64,000 bases of DNA from Balanoglossus misakiensis (Eukaryota > Animalia > Hemichordata), in assembly GCA_040954595.2 (NCBI GenBank), contig CM082582.2:7876063-7940062 (forward strand), in the 5' to 3' direction. Both the position numbers and the translations under genes were made by a program. The notes under the pieces were generated by a model. That model ran no database searches. It had not been told where the DNA came from and saw nothing but the letters and a program-made list of their open reading frames with translations. This document shows positions 57,701 to 64,000 of the stretch, piece after piece (the stretch's first letter is position 1; every line of letters starts with the position of its first letter).

Positions 57701-60700
57701 GTCTCCAGGGCAGACTCTGTCAAATCGTACGTTGGCATGACGATATCCCTAGTGTCATTTGAACCACACCATGACAATATCGCAAGAGGTGAACTCTCCA
57801 CTCCTCTCTTCTCCAATGGCCAGTCACCAAGATTGACAAAGAATTCCATATCTGGTAATCTCACCTGCAAGGTAATTTTTGTCGTCAATAGGAACATTTC
57901 CTACATATTCCACGTCTCAGTATAATAAAATATTAAGCGGTAAAAACTGATATTTTAATATCAAAAGGATTCAACAACGTGCAGTTAAGACATCTTGTCG
58001 TGATTACTTACTTTTCTACTCAGAGAGAGTAATATAGAATCCATGAACATTTTGAATCCAACATGTTCTCCGTGAGTTTTTCTGTAAATCTGAACATGAA
58101 AAGTTAAAAGTCAGTTGTCTGAAATACTTTATGCATGATAACAGTATGTCAAGCAGCTATCCACAAAATTGTGCTCTTAGAAAATCTTGCACTACCTTGT
58201 TGTCGAAAACGGTGTAGTGACACAGACTGTGTCTGTTGAATCTATCCGGGGCCTCGCTGGCCAACCTGTCCAGATCAATGCTAGGGAACGGCAACAGATC
58301 TCTCTCAATCTGCGGAGGAAGCGAAGCGCTGCAGTGCATGTCTTGCAGCCAGTCGTCGTCGTCTTCCGTGGGACAGTAGCAAGTCTCGTGGTAAATGTGT
58401 CCTGCGAAGAAAACAGAATGCAAGGATTTCACATAACTTCATAGAAGTATGTGACCTCGAAGATCTTTCCCAAGGTCACACGTTACACCTACGGGTCTAA
58501 AAATACATCTGGATGATAGGATTAAAGACACAAAAACATTACAATAGTAAAACCATGATGGGTTTGATGACATCTGTTTTTCATGCCGCCATCAGTATGT
58601 TTTCATGTCATTCTTTCGGTGGCTTTAAACTTTTACATGACAGATGTGTTTATGGCTTTTAACTGAGATATTCGCTTGAATTTTATATGATGGCCAGTAC
58701 ATGGTAGATGAATATAGTAGTATACCTAAATGTTGTAGCCAGTGAACTTATAGCATCGGATGCTACTGATGACATCTGTTGCCACACAGGATTACAAACG
58801 CTCAAATGAAGGCAAATTTGATCACTGTACACAACAATATATATGTTTGAAAAGCCTGGTAGCACATGGTTATATCCACAATAACCTGGCATTCTTGTCC
58901 ACTGTCACTATTTACTGTACAGTCACATACATAGACATATGCCATGCGGGTGCACTATGTACTGTACCAGAAGTTTAGCTTATTTCTAGCAAAATGAATA
59001 CAAGAATCCTTGGAGAGTAGCCAATCCAATCAAATTTCAATATCACTGCTGAGTGAAAGATTTGTCTGAAAAAACATGGTTCAGAATTACTTAGCTTTTC
59101 ATTTCAACGTGATAAAAGGGCAAACTTCTTGACTAATTTTACTTTCCATATTTTTAATTACCACCCATTTTCTACTTGTTATTCTTTCATTGGGGAAGGG
59201 GATCTGAGGGTGTCCAGGATCCATTGTTGTATTCAGCAACGCTAGAAAAAATCTAAGCATTTATACTACCAGACTAACAACTCACGAAATTGCATCAGAA
59301 ATAGAATTGTAATTCAAACGCAACTGAGTCCAATTTATGAACTGAATGGAACACAGCCATCTGTTTCAAAATCTGTAATCTCCTTATGAATGTTTTTTTA
59401 TTCTCCCGATGATGAGAAATCAAAATTTCAATATTGCTTTAACCAAGTACCAATATTAAAGTGACATAAGAACCATACGCTAAAACAACAATCGGGAAGT
59501 GTCCTATTACACATGTGTGCTGTTGTATTCTGTGAATCACGTTAGGTCTTTATTATAAAATTTCTGTACCAGCATGCACAGTGCACTTACAACCCTTGGC
59601 ACATCAATCAAAAACTACCAGTCCAGCCTCAGACTAACGCTGTGTGATTACTGATAGAAAAGAAATAACTAGTTTTCAGGCTCAACTGTGCAAAACTATT
59701 CTGGATCAATGTTAACACCTCAGGATAAACAAAAATCATTATGATAGTCAGGTAATTGACAAAAAGTTTTCCCAAAATTAAAAGTTATCACCAGATACAG
59801 CAATGCTGTTTTCAATTTCACCTTTGATCCTGTAGGGTGAATCTGCCACATGTTTTCGTCCACTTTTGACGGATATTTCCAGATTATCATAACTGGCGTA
59901 CATTCTGAAGCGTACAATAAAGGTACCATCATTTCTGTCTAGCAACTGAGTCCATAAACGACCTCGTTTGTCCTTGGGTTGAATGGTGACTTCAAAGGCA
60001 TTTGGTCCTGGGGAATATGTATACCTACACGAAAGAAAAAATTAACCTCATAAGTTAATGCATGAATTTATAACAGCTTGGTATTTTATCTTTATAAACA
60101 GGTGAACCCGGAATTCAATCATACCCCAGTACAAACAATGCTTAAAACGGACTTAGAAATGTGTACGTTCCTGTACACAGTTAAATCTGATAACTCTTGA
60201 TATATTCTATCATTTGCAGAAATCAGAATATATGCTTTGTACTCAAATATTTCTGAGAGAACATTTGATAAAAAACGTTAATCCTCAGAAAGATAACATA
60301 AAGTCAAAGTTTTGGATTGCCAAAATGATACTTGTAAAAGAAACTTTTAAAAAATAACCCTTACTATAAATACAAATGTAACTCTACTTTTTCTGAATTA
60401 AGGAAGGATATAATTTGTATTATCAAAATCTTCATTAACCTTTTCCCCAGTAACTCTGTACTTTGGTCTTAATTGATATCATATGTATGGCTTAATTGAT
60501 GATAAAGCGGAATTTAATGGGTAACATGGTGAATTCTGTTTAATTTCACAGATGTTGATGTCTACTAAGTCACGTCCTTGATACCAGTATCCTGATTGAA
60601 ATGTGATTGCACTGGGTCTAGTGATTTTATTTATATTTTCGCAGGACGCGATAAAGCGTGAAAATCTGGAAAATATTAATAAGAATCAGTCATGTAGATA

Positions 60701-61257
60701 TGATATACTACTAGTTTTGGCGTGATAGTTTGGTACAGGTTTAATCATAGTTCTTACTTGACAACATCACGAAACAACCAATTTTGACATTAAATCATTC
60801 GATGGTCATTTGTGAACTTGAATAGGTTATAAATCTGCCCCCCCCCCCCCTATTAATTTTTTTACAAATATAAAACTTTATCAATAAATTGTATTTTTTT
60901 CAAAAGGAAAGTTATTCATTTACAAGACAGTGGGTTGAAAACACTTGCACCACGTACATGTATGGACATGGATGAATAAATAAAATAATAATATGGTAAA
61001 ATTAAGTAAATTTTTATAAAAGAGAATTTTTGTTGGTTTCAATTCACTTACTTTTCGCCATCAGTGTCTATTGCCTGTATGAAGAAAAACCTGGCAGGTA
61101 CAGCAAAGTTAGGTTCCAAACCTGGGCCATAAACCAACGATTTCTCCGAACAAACAATTCGTTCTCTTTCAACACCCGTGACAGGGTCGATGACAGCAAG
61201 GGTTTCTTGACAGATCTCGACCAGAGCGACACCGATGAGCAACCACAACAGCTCCAT
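54793..61257 (-). CDS. POGLUT2: Protein O-glucosyltransferase 2/3 (KDELC, GT90/CAP10 family), 10 exons
   Basis: Exons 61257-61052, 60024-59822, 58401-58196, 58089-58012, 57864-57692, 57260-57023, 56783-56574, 56432-56343, 56254-56150, 54810-54793. Signal peptide, filamin-like domain (YGPGL...[24 protein letters not shown]), [45 protein letters not shown]; ends AHDEF*. Confidence 0.95.
55023..55097. repeat. Imperfect (TCAA)n tetranucleotide repeat
   Basis: TCAATCAATCAATCTATCAATCA ... TAATCAATCAATCA. Confidence 0.7.
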
Positions 61258-61809
61258 TGCAGAAGAACACCGGAAGTAATCGCGAAAGTTCCTGCAGCAA
61301 AACAAGACAGTCTATAAGTGGGTGAAGTCACTCAAGTCAATCAGACACTTTCTAAGTCGACGGAGGTGTTACCTTCTATTACGGTACAGCCGCCAAATGT
61401 TTATGGTGTCAACTTTCAACCTTTATCCAGGCGTAGCCGGCCAGTGATCGCTTGATAGTGCTGGTGGGGCAGCGGCTAAGCTGTGCACCCAGGGATTCTT
61501 TGCACACACAGTAGTATAGTACGTCGAAAGTGATTTGCATAATTATATTACACGGTCTTTTGACCTTCGGTGTTACATCTAGTTTTCAACCCCTCGGTAA
61601 CTTATGCAGAGATGCACTGATTAAAGCACTAAATTTGTCGAGAAATGTTACTACTTTACACCGCATTCAATAGAGTACAGTTGAATGTTATTTTTTTTAT
61701 AAAATGGTGTATATTGCACCATATTTTCATGCCATTTTTATACTTTTCCCGGTTTCTACAGAGGGTTACTATATTTTTAAAAGCTGCGCAAGTAGAAACG
61801 CGCATCTGG

Positions 61810-61840
61810 GGCATGCGCAGTCACGCTATTTCTCGCGAGA
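61810..61840. promoter_or_regulatory. NRF1-like site plus perfect CGCG element in the POGLUT2/BANP divergent promoter
   Basis: GGCATGCGCA at 61810-61819 and palindrome TCTCGCGAGA at 61831-61840, just upstream of a probable non-coding exon ending CAG|GTAATC at 61940. Confidence 0.75.
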
Positions 61841-63168
61841 CGAAGACGCCATTATCGCGGTGCTTGACGAAATTTCCCGTGACTTCGAAAAGTTTGTCTT
61901 GAAAAGTTCGCCTGCTAACCCACGAAAGCCCGGTAAACAGGTAATCCTTTAGGTAGCTGTCGCACAAAGAGTCTAAACACGAAATTAACAACCTGAAAGT
62001 TCGTAAATATAGTATGCGCTGGGGTAAGCACTGTTTAGGCGGTGTGTTCGACATAATAATGTCGTTTTTTTGGCGGGTGATGAGTTGTTTCGCCAGCGAT
62101 CGATTGTATTCTTTGCTGTTATTAACCAAAGAGTGACTGAGATACACCGCAAGACTCTGGGGATTGCAAAAAGTCTGCTTCTTTTGCATTACCCAGTAGA
62201 ATGGAACCATGAAATATCGCCAGACATAATACAAAAGTGATGGTCGATCACTGTGTGAGCGAGCGTTGGACTTTACAACCGGTACACACATGCATAGCAA
62301 TAGACGTTCTCCATTCAGGGACACCGTACTACTGTAGTGTACCAGTATGTACTGTGGTCACCGTTCATCCACGATGCGGTATTACACAACGATTTTTTTT
62401 AAAAGTAGGTCAACCATCTAACGAACACCTGGTTTTGCCCAGGTTGTAGCTATCAATTTGGCTGTGATTTCAAAATAGAAACTTTAATGGTCCTCACCAT
62501 ATTCTGTGTCATCTTCTAAATGTTAGAAGTTACCCAAAACATAATTATGAAAAAACTGACTGTGATTATTGTAATATCAGGAGATTCCTTGTCACATGCA
62601 ATAAATTTGAAACTAAATCACGTTACTATGAAAGTATATATTTGGTATAAGGATTTGAACATTGATTTTTTTCAAGTACCCCCGCTCCGCAGCTGACACA
62701 TAACATCAAAGAGATCCCAAATTGTATTTCCATATAGATTTCTTTTATAATGTGCAACAGCTTATGTTTAAAGGTGCAAAGCACTCTCAGTGATGTCAAT
62801 GCAAATTGTTGGAATCTGTGACCTAGTTAAACATGTCATACCTATCTGTCACTTTTTAGAAAGAAAATCCATAAATTATAATTGGAGGTCTGCTTTTACC
62901 AGTGTGCCCGGAATGACAAAAATCAAAATAATAAAGTTGGGAAACTGAATTTCCATTCCAATATAGGATCAGTTATCTCATATATTTTCAAAAAGTGCTC
63001 CACTGTAACTAAGCAACAAGTGAAACAATTTGTAAAAGGAATGCATCAGGATATGACACTGAATTCCAGGATGGAGATCCATTTTTTCCTTTATAAAATC
63101 TACCCAGTTCTATTCAAATAAAATATCCAGTTTTCGTTCACAGGGTTGGATTTCTGGAAACATTCAAG

Positions 63169-63863
63169 ATGACAGAAGAACATAATATGAGTGATACAGA
63201 TGCCTTGCAAATGGCTGTCAGTCAAATTACAAATAGCCAAGGTAAGTTTTGCGAGTCTCCTGATCCATGAAAGCAATTACTAAACAACAGTGTATGCATC
63301 TGATATGCACATGTACATCTTTTGTTAACTGGTCATGGGACTCAGAATCCAGATGTAATGATGTAAAAAAATATAATTGTAGAAATGTTATTTATTTGTT
63401 CTTCTTTATCTTGTACATGCAGAAGAACAGGAACAATTAATGGAAGAACCAGCTGCCAAAAGGCAAAAAATATCAGCAGACGAACCAGACCCAGCAGTAT
63501 GCATAAAAGTAAGTTCGTCACTAGGTTTTCCAGGCTGGAAATATTTCTCATAGTTCTTTAATTTGATATTGAAATTATGTTACTTTTAATTTATCTGAGA
63601 AATGCCTCCTGATTAAGTGCTCAAATCTTCCACTACGTCTTCATCAAATGTCTCCAATTACCCCACCAGCAAATTCTGTTCAATGTTAACAAAGCAATCT
63701 GTTTGAGGCTGGACGGGATTGAGAATAAGCTGGAAACAATCAACCTTCGATGCAAGTACCTGGAAGAGAAACTGGACAACATGAGCGATTCCTATCCCAA
63801 AGTATCGGATCAGGGCGGGGGAGGTGAGCCGGTTACTCCACAGCACAACAGATCTTCAAGGAG
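63169..63863 (+). CDS. BANP: BANP/SMAR1 orthologue, first three coding exons (continues off the right edge)
   Basis: Exons 63169-63241, 63423-63508 and 63670-63863 (alternative donor near 63823). EEPAAKRQKI...PAVCIK-QILFNVNKAICLRLDGIENKLETINLRCKYLEEKLD matches the recalled vertebrate BANP segment EPALKRQRL...ICLRLDSIEAKLQALEATCKSLEEKLD. Confidence 0.88.
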
Positions 63864-63901
63864 GTAGGAGTGACAGCATGTTTGTATTCCGTCTTTTATC
63901 A

Positions 63902-63994
63902 TTAACCCTTTCACCCCCAGTTCCAACTTTAGAGGTCCAATCTTGCCGTAGAAAACAATAGGTTTGGACTGAACCATGGTGGTGAAAGGGTTAA
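63902..63994. mobile_element. piggyBac-like MITE, copy 3 (best preserved)
   Basis: TTAA-CCCTTTCACC ... GGTGAAAGGG-TTAA: TTAA flanks and CCC/GGG termini. Confidence 0.85.
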
Positions 63995-64000
63995 AGGTTT

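Overview
Gene-dense, AT-rich eukaryotic (metazoan) DNA with spliceosomal introns. Gene content and protein sequences suggest an invertebrate deuterostome (inference). Gene order: TMEM170 exon 1 (-), CFDP1 (+), single Cas-family gene BCAR1/NEDD9 (+), SMIM13 (-), proteasome beta5 PSMB5/8 (+), SACM1L (+), a BTB-BACK-Kelch gene with an intronless CDS (-), a TEX56/C6orf201-like gene (+), a candidate two-exon micro-gene (+), POGLUT2/3 (KDELC) (-), and the 5' part of BANP (+). Gene models were assembled by hand from GT-AG boundaries and frame continuity; family names come from recalled motifs, not searches. Highlights: (1) a perfect BANP-binding element TCTCGCGAGA in the BANP gene's own promoter; (2) an apparently pre-duplication Cas neighbourhood; (3) four candidate phase-0 alternative first micro-exons in the Cas gene; (4) a U12-type intron in SACM1L; (5) piggyBac-like and pogo-like MITEs. 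No CRISPR, tRNA or rRNA gene was seen. A tempting 'encrypted collagen' reading failed a control and was rejected. I did not find a convincingly new biological system.
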